A stretch of 64,000 nucleotides of DNA. It comes from Methanobacteriota archaeon. Its GTDB lineage: Archaea > Thermoplasmatota > Thermoplasmata > RBG-16-68-12. Every line of letters starts with the position of its first letter. Position 1 is the stretch's first letter. The stretch covers positions 506 to 64,505 of the forward strand of contig VBLS01000110.1 in the NCBI GenBank assembly GCA_005878635.1, given 5' to 3'. The position numbers were made by a program, and so were the translations under genes. Shown here in pieces: positions 31,434-40,723 of this stretch. The notes below the pieces were generated by a model. It made no database searches and was not told the DNA's origin. It saw only the letters and a list, made by a program, of their open reading frames with translations.

Positions 31434-34091
31434 TTGGGCGCTGAACCGGAGGCAGAAAGCTCGTCCTCCGATTCCGGCGCCTCGCGTGCGTCGAGGGCCC
31501 TTCGATCCCGCTGGGGGAAAGTCGCCGCCGTCGCGGTCGTCGCCATCGCGGTGGCCGCCGCGTCGGCCTACGTGCTTCGAGCATCGAACCAGGCGCCGAC
31601 GATCACTCAAGCAACCGTGAGTTCGGAGTTTGCGACCACCGGTCAGAGCCTGACCTTCGCCGGACAGGCGACGGATGCCGATGGGGATTCGCTCCGGTAC
31701 ACCTGGAACTTCGGCGACAATTCAACCGCGATCGGGGCGGTCGTGAGCCATGCATACTCGATCCCGGGTCGATACGTCGATCTCCTCACAGTGACGGACG
31801 GCCGAGGCGGCGAAGCGACCAACGACGCGAGGCTCCTGTTCGTCCAAGCCCAACTTCCTCCGTCGGAAATCGCATCCCCCTCCCGGCCGCCGAATGGTTC
31901 GTGCGCGACGGACTGCATCCTCGGTCCGGGGGCCGCGATCCTGACGGCGAACCAGACGACCGTCGTGACCGGGGCCGCCGTCCGGTTCAACGGGAACGCG
32001 TCCTGGGCTTACGGTTGGAATTGGAACAACGTTTCGAATCGATCCGAAGGCGGTTCCTCGGTCGTGATCCCTTCCGCGGACAACGGATTTCTCTTCACCA
32101 CGTTCACCTACGGTTGGGGAGACGGGACACCGGAGGGCGGGGGGAGTTCCGAGACAGCCGGGGCGACAAGCCACGTCTTCACCTCTCCCGGGAATTTTTT
32201 CGTCCGCTTGACGCTGACCTTGCCCACCGTCTCCGGCGTGCAGACCTTGAGCGCCGGCTACACCATCCGCGTGACGCCGACGGTTCCTGTGGCAGTCCTG
32301 AAACATCCGGGAGTCTTCACGACGGCGACGTTCGGAGAACCGGATTCCCTCGATCCCGCCGCGGACATCGAGACCGCCGGCGTCGAGATCCTCCAGAACG
32401 TGTACGAGACCCTCGTTTGGTATGAACCGGGGGTTGAGAACGTCACCGTCCTCGTCCCGCGTCTCGCGATGGAGGTCCCGACCGCCGCGAACGGAGGCAT
32501 CTCGCCCGATGGGAAGAACTACACCTTCACGATCCGATCGGACGTCAAGTTCCACAGCGGCAACGTCCTCTCGCCGGACGACGTCGTCTATTCGCTCCGT
32601 CGCGTCCTCGCCATGCACGACCCGAATGGACCTTCGTGGATCCTGGAACAGACCCTCACGAACTACGTCTCAAAGTACCTGAACTCTTGCGGAGCGGCCG
32701 CGAACCGGACCTGTTCGCTCGCGGACTATGCGGACACCGCGTTCCCGTCCCGGGCGGCGATCCCACCGAACATCCGAACGGTCTTGGAGGGCGCCGCCCA
32801 AGGGGCAAACTGGTCCGCGAAGCCGCTGAACCGATCCGTCGCGTGGGCCGTGAGCAATTCCACGGTGGAGAAGGTCGGGACAGACCAGGTCCGAATTCAC
32901 CTCAGCCGACCGTATCCCGCGTTCCTCCAGTCGCTCGCTTTCACCGTCGGCTCCATCGTCGAGAAGGCGTGTGCCGCGACCTGGGACGATTGGGGGGCTC
33001 GGAATCCGATGCTGGACCGCCGCCGCGATTGCGGCACCGGCCCGTATGGGCTCACCGGATGGGTGCCAAACCAAGCGATCGTCCTGAGCCGCTTCGATGG
33101 ATACTGGGGAAGCCCCGCGGCCCTCGAAGGGGTGCGCATCGAGAAGGCGAACGATGTCACGGCCCGAGAGTTCCTCCTGCTGTCCGGAGACGCGGACACC
33201 GCGGTCATCAACCATGATCACCAGTTCGACGTGATGAATCCGGACGGCACGCCGCGATACCCGTGGCTGCGGATCCCAAGTTCCCGACCCTCCCTCGACA
33301 TCACCGTCTTCGGGTACAACCAGGCGATCAATGCGTCCGCCGTCCCCGACCCGCTGGAGGTCCCGCCGACGTTCTTCTCGAACCTCCATGTGCGGAAGGC
33401 GTTCAGCTATGCGTTCGACTACGCGGGATTCATGGACAACGTGACGTACAAGACGGGGATTCAGCTGCGCGGCCCGATCGCGAAGGGGGTCCCGGGCTAC
33501 AACATGAGCACGCCGCTCTTCACGTTCAACCTCACGCGCGCCGCGTCGGAGCTCGGACAGACCCCCTACTGGACCTCCGGCTTCAACATCACCTTGTACT
33601 ATAACGCGGGGAACACGGAACGCCGCCAGGGATGTCTCCTCCTCCGACAGGGCCTGCAGGCGTTGCATGATGAACTGGGTGCGGGGCCCATCTCCGTGGA
33701 CGTCCGGGCCCTTGACTGGCCCGCGTACCTGAGGACCTTACGGGCTCGAGGCCTCCCGATCTTCTTCCTCGGATGGCGCGCGGACTACGCGGACCCGGAT
33801 GACTACGTCCTCCCGTTCTTGAGGACCGGCGGCCTCTTCGCGAGCCGGTTAGGGTACAGCAACACCACCCTCGACGCCCTGATCGACGCCGCGGCGGCGG
33901 AGCTGAACCAGACGAAACGCGACGGGCTGTACCAAGACCTGTCGACGCGCGCGGTCTTGGACGACGTGCCGTACCTCTGGGTCTACCAGTCCCGGAGCTT
34001 CCATGTGGAGCGGGCCTGGGTGCGGGGCTATTACTACAACCCGATGCTGTCCGGCCTCGACTACCACCCTCTCTCCAAGGCCCTCGGCTGA
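31434..34091 (+). CDS. Family 5 (peptide/nickel) ABC substrate-binding protein with N-terminal PKD domains
   Basis: TM anchor, PKD motifs (WNFGD, WGDG), EPDSLDPA, NVYETLV, GTGPY, DYADPD. Confidence 0.9.
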   Translation: MGAEPEAESSSSDSGASRASRALRSRWGKVAAVAVVAIAVAAASAYVLRASNQAPTITQATVSSEFATTGQSLTFAGQATDADGDSLRYTWNFGDNSTAIGAVVSHAYSIPGRYVDLLTVTDGRGGEATNDARLLFVQAQLPPSEIASPSRPPNGSCATDCILGPGAAILTANQTTVVTGAAVRFNGNASWAYGWNWNNVSNRSEGGSSVVIPSADNGFLFTTFTYGWGDGTPEGGGSSETAGATSHVFTSPGNFFVRLTLTLPTVSGVQTLSAGYTIRVTPTVPVAVLKHPGVFTTATFGEPDSLDPAADIETAGVEILQNVYETLVWYEPGVENVTVLVPRLAMEVPTAANGGISPDGKNYTFTIRSDVKFHSGNVLSPDDVVYSLRRVLAMHDPNGPSWILEQTLTNYVSKYLNSCGAAANRTCSLADYADTAFPSRAAIPPNIRTVLEGAAQGANWSAKPLNRSVAWAVSNSTVEKVGTDQVRIHLSRPYPAFLQSLAFTVGSIVEKACAATWDDWGARNPMLDRRRDCGTGPYGLTGWVPNQAIVLSRFDGYWGSPAALEGVRIEKANDVTAREFLLLSGDADTAVINHDHQFDVMNPDGTPRYPWLRIPSSRPSLDITVFGYNQAINASAVPDPLEVPPTFFSNLHVRKAFSYAFDYAGFMDNVTYKTGIQLRGPIAKGVPGYNMSTPLFTFNLTRAASELGQTPYWTSGFNITLYYNAGNTERRQGCLLLRQGLQALHDELGAGPISVDVRALDWPAYLRTLRARGLPIFFLGWRADYADPDDYVLPFLRTGGLFASRLGYSNTTLDALIDAAAAELNQTKRDGLYQDLSTRAVLDDVPYLWVYQSRSFHVERAWVRGYYYNPMLSGLDYHPLSKALG

Positions 34092-34184
34092 GCTCGCCGA
34101 CGGACCGTCCGCCGAATCGAAGCAGGATTCCCGAAACGATTCGAACGAATCTTTTTATTCGGTCCCCGCGGTCGGTCGGTCGAG

Positions 34185-35477
34185 ATGGCGGATCTGAAGA
34201 CGGTCACCGACACGATCCACGGGACGATCCGGCTCGAGCCACTCACCCTCGATCTGCTCGAGACGCTCGAGTTGCAGCGCCTCAACTCGATTCGTCAGCT
34301 CGGGTTGACGTACCTCGTCTTCCCGGGAGCGAACCATTCGCGGTTAGAACACTGCCTGGGCGTCGGCCATGTGGCGGGCGAGATGGCGAAGGCCCTCGAA
34401 CTGACTCCCGCGGAACGGAAGCTCGTCCAGGCCGCGGGCCTCCTCCACGACGTCGGGCACGGGCCCTTTTCCCATACCCTCGAGCATGTGCTCAGCCGGG
34501 AACTCGCCGTCGACCACATGCACCTCACCCAGCGGATCATCACGGGCCAGGATGACAACGTCTCCCCGGAAGACCGGGCCGCGTTCCCGGAGATTCCGAG
34601 GATCGACGGAGTCCTCGAGCGCCATGGTGTGGACCCGGAAGCCGTCGCAGCCCTCATCCGCGGACCGTCGGAGAAGGGGGCGGCGTGGATCGTCCCCCGA
34701 GGCCGGAAGGAACCCTCCCGTTACCTGGCCCAGATCATCCACAGTCCCATGGACGCGGACCAGATCGACTACCTGATGCGGGACGCGCACTACACCGGAG
34801 CCTCCCACGGGACGATCGACTTCTCTCGATTGCTGCAGACCCTTCGAACGCACCGCGGAGAGCTGGCGCTCGATCGAAAAGGCCTCCCGGCGCTCGAGGG
34901 GATGCTCGTCGCGCGCGGCCTGATGTATTCGTCCGTGTACTTCCACAAGACCGTCCGCATCGCCGAGGAGATGCTCGCCCGGGCCGTCGAGCGTTCGGAG
35001 GCTCCGATCGCCGAGATTCAGAAGATGGTGGATCACGAGCTGCTGAACTGGCTCGTCCGCCAAGGACCGTTCCAGCGGGAGATCGCCTTGCGCCTCAAGT
35101 ACCGCAAGCTGTACAAGCGCGTCTTGGCATCGGATCGGGACGAGCTGACCGCGGCGACGCGGTCCGTGCTCGCGACCTTCCACGACCCGAAGGAGCGGCG
35201 GCGAGCCGAGGACCGGATCGCCCGACGGGCAGGCCTGACTCCCGGCCAAGTGATCATCGACGTCCCTCTGCCCGAGTTGCTCCTGAGCGAGCCGCGGATC
35301 GCGAAGACCGAAGTCCCAATCCTCGACGACGGGAGCTCGAAGCCTTTTTCCCGCGTCAGCTCGCTCGGCCGGGCCCTCCAAATTCGCCAGGTCGTCGATT
35401 GGGTCGTCATGGTCGCGGCGCCTGAGAAGTCCGCGGCCTCGGTCCGAAAGGCAGCTGCATCGGTGCTGTCCGGTTGA
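34185..35477 (+). CDS. HD-domain phosphohydrolase (SAMHD1/dNTPase-like)
   Basis: QRL..IRQLG, HSRLEH, LHDVGHGPFSH, DADQIDY, VYFHK. Confidence 0.9.
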   Translation: MADLKTVTDTIHGTIRLEPLTLDLLETLELQRLNSIRQLGLTYLVFPGANHSRLEHCLGVGHVAGEMAKALELTPAERKLVQAAGLLHDVGHGPFSHTLEHVLSRELAVDHMHLTQRIITGQDDNVSPEDRAAFPEIPRIDGVLERHGVDPEAVAALIRGPSEKGAAWIVPRGRKEPSRYLAQIIHSPMDADQIDYLMRDAHYTGASHGTIDFSRLLQTLRTHRGELALDRKGLPALEGMLVARGLMYSSVYFHKTVRIAEEMLARAVERSEAPIAEIQKMVDHELLNWLVRQGPFQREIALRLKYRKLYKRVLASDRDELTAATRSVLATFHDPKERRRAEDRIARRAGLTPGQVIIDVPLPELLLSEPRIAKTEVPILDDGSSKPFSRVSSLGRALQIRQVVDWVVMVAAPEKSAASVRKAAASVLSG

Positions 35478-35609
35478 TCGCAAAACGACGCATGGCAACG
35501 GCGTTTGTCAACGCGGCGGACGTTCGTCGGACAACTTTTAAATAGCGTCCGCCGAATACGCGGCCATCTTGCGGGATGGGATGACCTCGCAGGTTCTGCA
35601 GGTGGCGGA

Positions 35610-36704
35610 ATGAACTCGATGCTAGAGGATGTGCTCGCCCGGGAAGGGAGTGCTCCAGCGTTTGAAGACAGCCGGGTGGACGCCGAGCTCGAAGAGATGC
35701 TCAGCAAGATGCGGACCAACATCAAGATCATCGGCCTCGGTGGAGGAGGCTGTAACACGATCGCCCGCGTCTACGGCGAGGGGATTGTCGGTGCCGAGCT
35801 CTTTGCCTGCAACACGGATGCGCAACACCTGCTCCACATTGCGTCTCCCAAGAAGGTCCTCCTCGGACGGAGGATTACGAAGGGCCTGGGGGCCGGCGCC
35901 TTGCCGCAGATCGGCGAGGAGGCCGCCCGCGAGGCGGAGGAAGAGCTTCGCGCCATTGTCCAAGGATCCGACATCGTCTTCGTGACATGCGGCCTGGGCG
36001 GTGGGACTGGGACTGGGAGCTGCGGCTACGTCGCCCGACTCGCCAAGGAGATGGGCGCGCTCACGATCGCCGTGGTCACCCTCCCGTTCCGGGGCGAGGG
36101 CAAGCTACGCATGGAGAGCGCAGAATGGGGATTGGAGCGGCTCCGGGATGCGGCGGACACCGTGATCACGATCCCGAATGACAAGCTCTTGGACCTGGTC
36201 CCGCGACAGTCGTTGAACCTCGCGTTCAAGTTCGCGGACGAGGTCCTGATGCGGTCCATCAAAGGCCTGACGGAGATTATCACGAAGCCGGGTCTGGTGA
36301 ACCTCGACTTCAACGACGTCAAGACGATCATGAAAGGCGGAGGCGTCGCCATGATCGGCCTGGGGGAGAGCCAGGCGGTCGGCGACAACCGCGCCGTCGA
36401 GGCGATCGAGGAAGCGATCAATTCGCCGCTGTTGGAGGTCGACGTCTCCACGGCCCACGGAGTCCTCATCAACGTGACCGGCGGGAACGACATGACGATT
36501 TCCGAGGCCGAGCGCGTTGCGGAGGTCGTCCAGTCGAAGGTGTCTCCCACCGCGCGGATCATCTGGGGCGCAACGGTGGATCCGTCCCTCGAGCACACGC
36601 TGCGAGTCATGCTCGTCGCGACCGGAGTGAAGTCCAAGCAGATCGTCGGGCGGCGCGATCCGTCCGAGGAACGGGTCCGCGTCGGCGTCGATGTCATCCG
36701 GTGA
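35610..36704 (+). CDS. ftsZ: Cell division protein FtsZ (copy 1)
   Basis: GGGGCN, NTDAQHL, GGGTGTG, T7 loop NLDFND. Confidence 0.96.
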   Translation: MNSMLEDVLAREGSAPAFEDSRVDAELEEMLSKMRTNIKIIGLGGGGCNTIARVYGEGIVGAELFACNTDAQHLLHIASPKKVLLGRRITKGLGAGALPQIGEEAAREAEEELRAIVQGSDIVFVTCGLGGGTGTGSCGYVARLAKEMGALTIAVVTLPFRGEGKLRMESAEWGLERLRDAADTVITIPNDKLLDLVPRQSLNLAFKFADEVLMRSIKGLTEIITKPGLVNLDFNDVKTIMKGGGVAMIGLGESQAVGDNRAVEAIEEAINSPLLEVDVSTAHGVLINVTGGNDMTISEAERVAEVVQSKVSPTARIIWGATVDPSLEHTLRVMLVATGVKSKQIVGRRDPSEERVRVGVDVIR

Positions 36705-36836
36705 GCGCTCCGACCTCTCCATTTCACGGGAGGACGGAGCGGATCCCGCGAACCCGGAAACCTTTATTAACGCTCCCCCTTTACATCTCATTCGCGGTTG
36801 CTTCATTTGCTTCCTCGGGCAGCCGGAGGCCGAACC

Positions 36837-37943
36837 ATGGATTCCATTGTGAGGGAAGTCGTCACCCGCTCCGGTGTGGAAACTCGGGTGCCCGAATCGC
36901 CCACCGCTTCGATCGGAATGGGGGCGGAAGACGCCGAGCTCGAGCGAATTCTCGCGAGCCTCCGGACGAACATCAAGATCGTGGGCATCGGAGGAGGCGG
37001 GTGCAACACGATCGACCGGCTCGTCGAATCCGGTATCGTCGGCGCCGAGCTGTTCGCGGCGAACACGGATGCGCAGCACCTGCTCGTCATCCGGTCCCCT
37101 CACAAGCTCCTCCTCGGTCGGCGCGTGACCCGGGGCCTCGGCGCGGGAGCGCTCCCGCAGGTCGGGGAAGAATCGGCCCGCGAAGCCGCGGACGAACTGC
37201 GATCCGTCGTCCACGGCGCGGACATGGTGTTCATCACCTGCGGCCTGGGCGGCGGCACCGGGACGGGAGGCGCCCCTGTGCTCGCCCAGCTCGCGAAGGA
37301 AGCGGGCGCCCTCACGATCGCCATCTGCACTTTCCCCTTTCGTGCGGAGGGCGCGATCCGCGCCGAGAACGCGGAGTACGGACTCGAGAAGCTACGCAGC
37401 TTTGCCGACACCGTCGTCGTGATCCCGAACGACAAACTGCTTGAACTCGTCCCGCGTCTAGCGTTGAACGCGGCGTTCAAGGTGGCGGACGACGTGCTCA
37501 TGCGAGCGATCAAGGGGATCACCGAGGTCATCACGAAGCCGGGCTTGGTCAACTTGGACTTCAACGACATCAAGACGATCATGAAAGGCGGAGGCGTCGC
37601 GATGATCGGCCTCGGCGAGTCGGACACGGACAACCGGGCCGAGGAGTCGATCGAGGAAGCGATCAATTCGCCCCTGATCGACGTCGACATCAGCGGCGCG
37701 ACTGGCGCCCTCGTGAACGTCACCGGCGGGAACGACATGAGCGTGGCCGAGGCCGAGAAGGTCGCGGAGATCGTGCAAGGCCGGATTGCACGGAACGCCC
37801 GCATCATCTGGGGCGCCGCCGTCGATCCGAGCCTGGAGCATCGGCTCCGCGTCATGCTGATCCTGACCGGGGTCCGCTCCAAGCAGATCCTCGGACCGGG
37901 CGAACACGTCCGCCCTCAGGGCGGCCTCGACATCGTGCGGTGA
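36837..37943 (+). CDS. ftsZ: Cell division protein FtsZ (copy 2)
   Basis: Same full motif set; GGAGG RBS before ATG 36837. Confidence 0.96.
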   Translation: MDSIVREVVTRSGVETRVPESPTASIGMGAEDAELERILASLRTNIKIVGIGGGGCNTIDRLVESGIVGAELFAANTDAQHLLVIRSPHKLLLGRRVTRGLGAGALPQVGEESAREAADELRSVVHGADMVFITCGLGGGTGTGGAPVLAQLAKEAGALTIAICTFPFRAEGAIRAENAEYGLEKLRSFADTVVVIPNDKLLELVPRLALNAAFKVADDVLMRAIKGITEVITKPGLVNLDFNDIKTIMKGGGVAMIGLGESDTDNRAEESIEEAINSPLIDVDISGATGALVNVTGGNDMSVAEAEKVAEIVQGRIARNARIIWGAAVDPSLEHRLRVMLILTGVRSKQILGPGEHVRPQGGLDIVR

Positions 37944-37947
37944 CACC

Positions 37948-38199
37948 ATGGCGGACATCGTCGACAAGAGCTGGGACGTCCAACGTCGGATCGAGGAGCG
38001 CGTCAAGCGCCTCGGGAAAGGGAAGTATGGCCGCGTCCTGAAGATGGCCCGGAAGCCGACCTCGGACGAGTATTCGAAGGTCGTGATGATCACGGGCCTC
38101 GGGATCGTCGCGATCGGCGCCCTGGGCTTCATCATCTACCTGATCATGCGGTACGGACCCGACCTCTTCCGCGGGCTCTTCGGAATCCTGGGGACCTGA
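37948..38199 (+). CDS. secE: Protein translocase SecE/Sec61-gamma
   Basis: Y.RVLKMARKP..EY plus one TM; conserved synteny. Confidence 0.93.
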   Translation: MADIVDKSWDVQRRIEERVKRLGKGKYGRVLKMARKPTSDEYSKVVMITGLGIVAIGALGFIIYLIMRYGPDLFRGLFGILGT

Positions 38200-38203
38200 A
38201 CCG

Positions 38204-39130
38204 ATGGGTCTCCTCGACGATCTCTCGAAACGGGAGTCGAAGCCCGAATCCAAGCCCGAGCCCCCAATGGCGGGCCACGCCGGCGTCCGCCTCGACCTGC
38301 AGGAGGAGAAGGTCAGCCTCACCGCCGGACAGGCGAAGGAATTCACGATGGCGGTGACGAACACCGGGACGGAGGACGACACGATCCGGCTCAAGATCGA
38401 TCTCGTCTACCATTCCGAACTGCCCGATCCTCCGGAGTGGACCGTGAAGCTCTACGGGGTCGAGGACAAGGTCTGGGACGTGACCTTCACGAAAGTCACC
38501 GAGAAGGAGTTCATGCTCATCGCGGACGGCCAGCGCGAGATTACGCTCTCGGTCACCTGCCCGAAAGGCGCCCGGTACGGGGACCGCCTGAACGTCGTGG
38601 TGAACGCGATTTCCAAGGGAGATCCGGGAGCGTTCGACGCGAAGACGCTGAGCTTCAGCGCCCGCCAGGCGATCCTCGCGGTGAAGTCGTCCATCGGGCA
38701 TGAGCGGGCGGTCGCCGATGCGATCTACGCGCGGGCGAGGGCCAAGGACGTCGGGGTCTTCTCGATCCTTGTGCCCGCGAACTTCCGCGGGTACGTGTAC
38801 GTGGAGAGCATGAATCCGGACCGGCTCGAGGAGATCGTCCGAGGCCTCCGCCGGGCCCGCGGCGTCGTCAAGGGAGAGGGCGAGTCGACGGGCATTTCCT
38901 TCTCCGAGATCGAGGCCTACTTGACGCCGAAGCCAATCGTCAGCGGGATCATGGAAGGCGACATCGTCGAACTCGTCGCCGGGCCATTCAAGGGCGAGAA
39001 GGCCCGGGTGATGAAGATTGACGAGACGAAAGAAGAGATCACCGTCGAGCTCTTCGAGGCCATGGTCCGGATTCCGGTGACGGTGCGCGGCGACAGCGTC
39101 CGCGTCCTCCAGAAAGAGGAAGAGAAGTAG
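38204..39130 (+). CDS. spt5: Transcription elongation factor Spt5/NusG with extra N-terminal domain
   Basis: C-terminal half has NGN (GYVYVE) and KOW (GDIVEL.AGPFKGE) domains. Confidence 0.92.
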   Translation: MGLLDDLSKRESKPESKPEPPMAGHAGVRLDLQEEKVSLTAGQAKEFTMAVTNTGTEDDTIRLKIDLVYHSELPDPPEWTVKLYGVEDKVWDVTFTKVTEKEFMLIADGQREITLSVTCPKGARYGDRLNVVVNAISKGDPGAFDAKTLSFSARQAILAVKSSIGHERAVADAIYARARAKDVGVFSILVPANFRGYVYVESMNPDRLEEIVRGLRRARGVVKGEGESTGISFSEIEAYLTPKPIVSGIMEGDIVELVAGPFKGEKARVMKIDETKEEITVELFEAMVRIPVTVRGDSVRVLQKEEEK

Positions 39131-39239
39131 GCCGCAGGTCGGAGCCTCCGCTCGGTCCATCGGGCCAGGTGCCATCGGTCAGTGTCCGAAACGTTTATGC
39201 CGGAACGCTCACTGCGACACGCCCGGAGGCCGGTCCATC

Positions 39240-39716
39240 GTGGAGAAACTCCAGGTCCTCGTCGATGGCGGCAAGGCGACGCCCGGTCCGCCCCTCGGAC
39301 CCGCGCTCGGTCCGCTCGGCGTGAACATCGTCGAGATCCTCAAGGCGATCAACGAGAAAACGAAATCGTTCGACGGGATGAAGGTCCCCGTCACCCTGCT
39401 CGTCGACCCGAAGACGAAGACCTTCTCCATCGAGGTCGGGACGCCGCCGACATCCGCCTTGATCACGAAGGAACTGAAGATCGAGAAGGGATCGGGAGAC
39501 CCCGGCAAGACTCGGGTCGGCAACTTGTCCCTTCCGCAGGCGATCCGGATCGCGAACATGAAGGCGGACGCGACGCTGGCGAAGACCCTGAAGGCCCGGG
39601 TCCTCGAGGTCGTGGGGACCTGCGTCTCGATGGGCGTGACGGTGGAAGGAAAACTCGCGAAGGACCTGTCGAAGGATATCCAAAGCGGAAAGTTCGACAA
39701 GCAACTCGCGGGCTGA
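39240..39716 (+). CDS. rpl11: 50S ribosomal protein L11
   Basis: GGKATPGPPLGPALG, GTCVSMG. Confidence 0.97.
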   Translation: MEKLQVLVDGGKATPGPPLGPALGPLGVNIVEILKAINEKTKSFDGMKVPVTLLVDPKTKTFSIEVGTPPTSALITKELKIEKGSGDPGKTRVGNLSLPQAIRIANMKADATLAKTLKARVLEVVGTCVSMGVTVEGKLAKDLSKDIQSGKFDKQLAG

Positions 39717-39756
39717 GTCCGGAGAGCCGTCGCCTTGTAAGTCCGTCGACCTCGAT

Positions 39757-40566
39757 TCACGATCGAGGCAGGACCCGTTTCCCCTTCGGCTCCGCGAGAT
39801 CGAGAAGCATCGCCTCCAGTTGGACGCGGACGAAGTCCATGTCCCCGACCCAGAGACCCTGGAGTTTGTCCGAGACGAATTGCCCGTCTCGGTAGAAGGA
39901 GTTCAGGATGAACACCTCGTGGTCGCTCGGGAACACGTAGGTGTGCGCGAGTCGGGTCTTGGAAAGCGGGCGAGCCGGAAAACGGAATTGGACGCGCACA
40001 TTCCGGCTGAGGAGGCTCCCGAACTCCGCCAGGTCCGCTCGGTTGCTCTCGCTTAACACGACTCGCACGAGCCTACGCGAGCGCCCCAAAGCGTCGAAGA
40101 GCAGCCGAAGGATTTCCGGCGCCACCGGAAACGGGCTGACGCATAGGATCTGGTTGTCGCTCGAGAGGATGACCTCCCGCAGTTTGCGGCCGATCGATTC
40201 CGGTCCTTTGTAGATCCAGAGGTCCGCATCGGCCCCGCGGTTCTTGGGCGGGGGCGTCTCTTTCAGGCTGCCGACGACCTCGGCCGCGGCGAGGAGGTCG
40301 TCATGCCGCGACTGGCGCGCCTCTTCGCTGACGATTCGAGGCGCCCGGGCCCGATACCGATTTGGTCGCTCCTGGGAGACGTCGATCCAGCCCTTCGACT
40401 GGAGGGACTGCAGGACCCGATAGACGGCGGGGTACTGCACGCCGAGGAGCTGGCTGACCTGCTGGGCGGTCGACGGTCCGTGCTGGAGGAGGTGCAGGTA
40501 TGCGTCCGCTTCCTTCCCCGTGAGCCCGAGCGTCTCCAGGGCCCGGACGGAATCCTCCTCCCTCAT
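39757..40566 (-). CDS. TrmB-family transcriptional regulator
   Basis: LGLT..EA.AYL.LL wHTH, VYRVL.SL..KG, then effector-binding domain. Confidence 0.88.
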   Translation of the reverse strand: MREEDSVRALETLGLTGKEADAYLHLLQHGPSTAQQVSQLLGVQYPAVYRVLQSLQSKGWIDVSQERPNRYRARAPRIVSEEARQSRHDDLLAAAEVVGSLKETPPPKNRGADADLWIYKGPESIGRKLREVILSSDNQILCVSPFPVAPEILRLLFDALGRSRRLVRVVLSESNRADLAEFGSLLSRNVRVQFRFPARPLSKTRLAHTYVFPSDHEVFILNSFYRDGQFVSDKLQGLWVGDMDFVRVQLEAMLLDLAEPKGKRVLPRS

Positions 40567-40605
40567 CGACTGCGTCACCGCGGATTGGTACAAAAGGATT
40601 TGCGG

Positions 40606-40628
40606 GTTATCATTCCCCCGATGATAAC
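40606..40628. promoter_or_regulatory. Perfect inverted repeat, putative TrmB operator
   Basis: GTTATCAT-N7-ATGATAAC between divergent trmB and permease genes. Confidence 0.6.
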
Positions 40629-40723
40629 TTGCCCAGGTCGCTTGGTTGGATTGCGACGGTTAAAAGACTATGCGACAATCTTCTAATGGCATCCGAACCG
40701 TTTCCGCCTGCGGGGTTGAGGCG

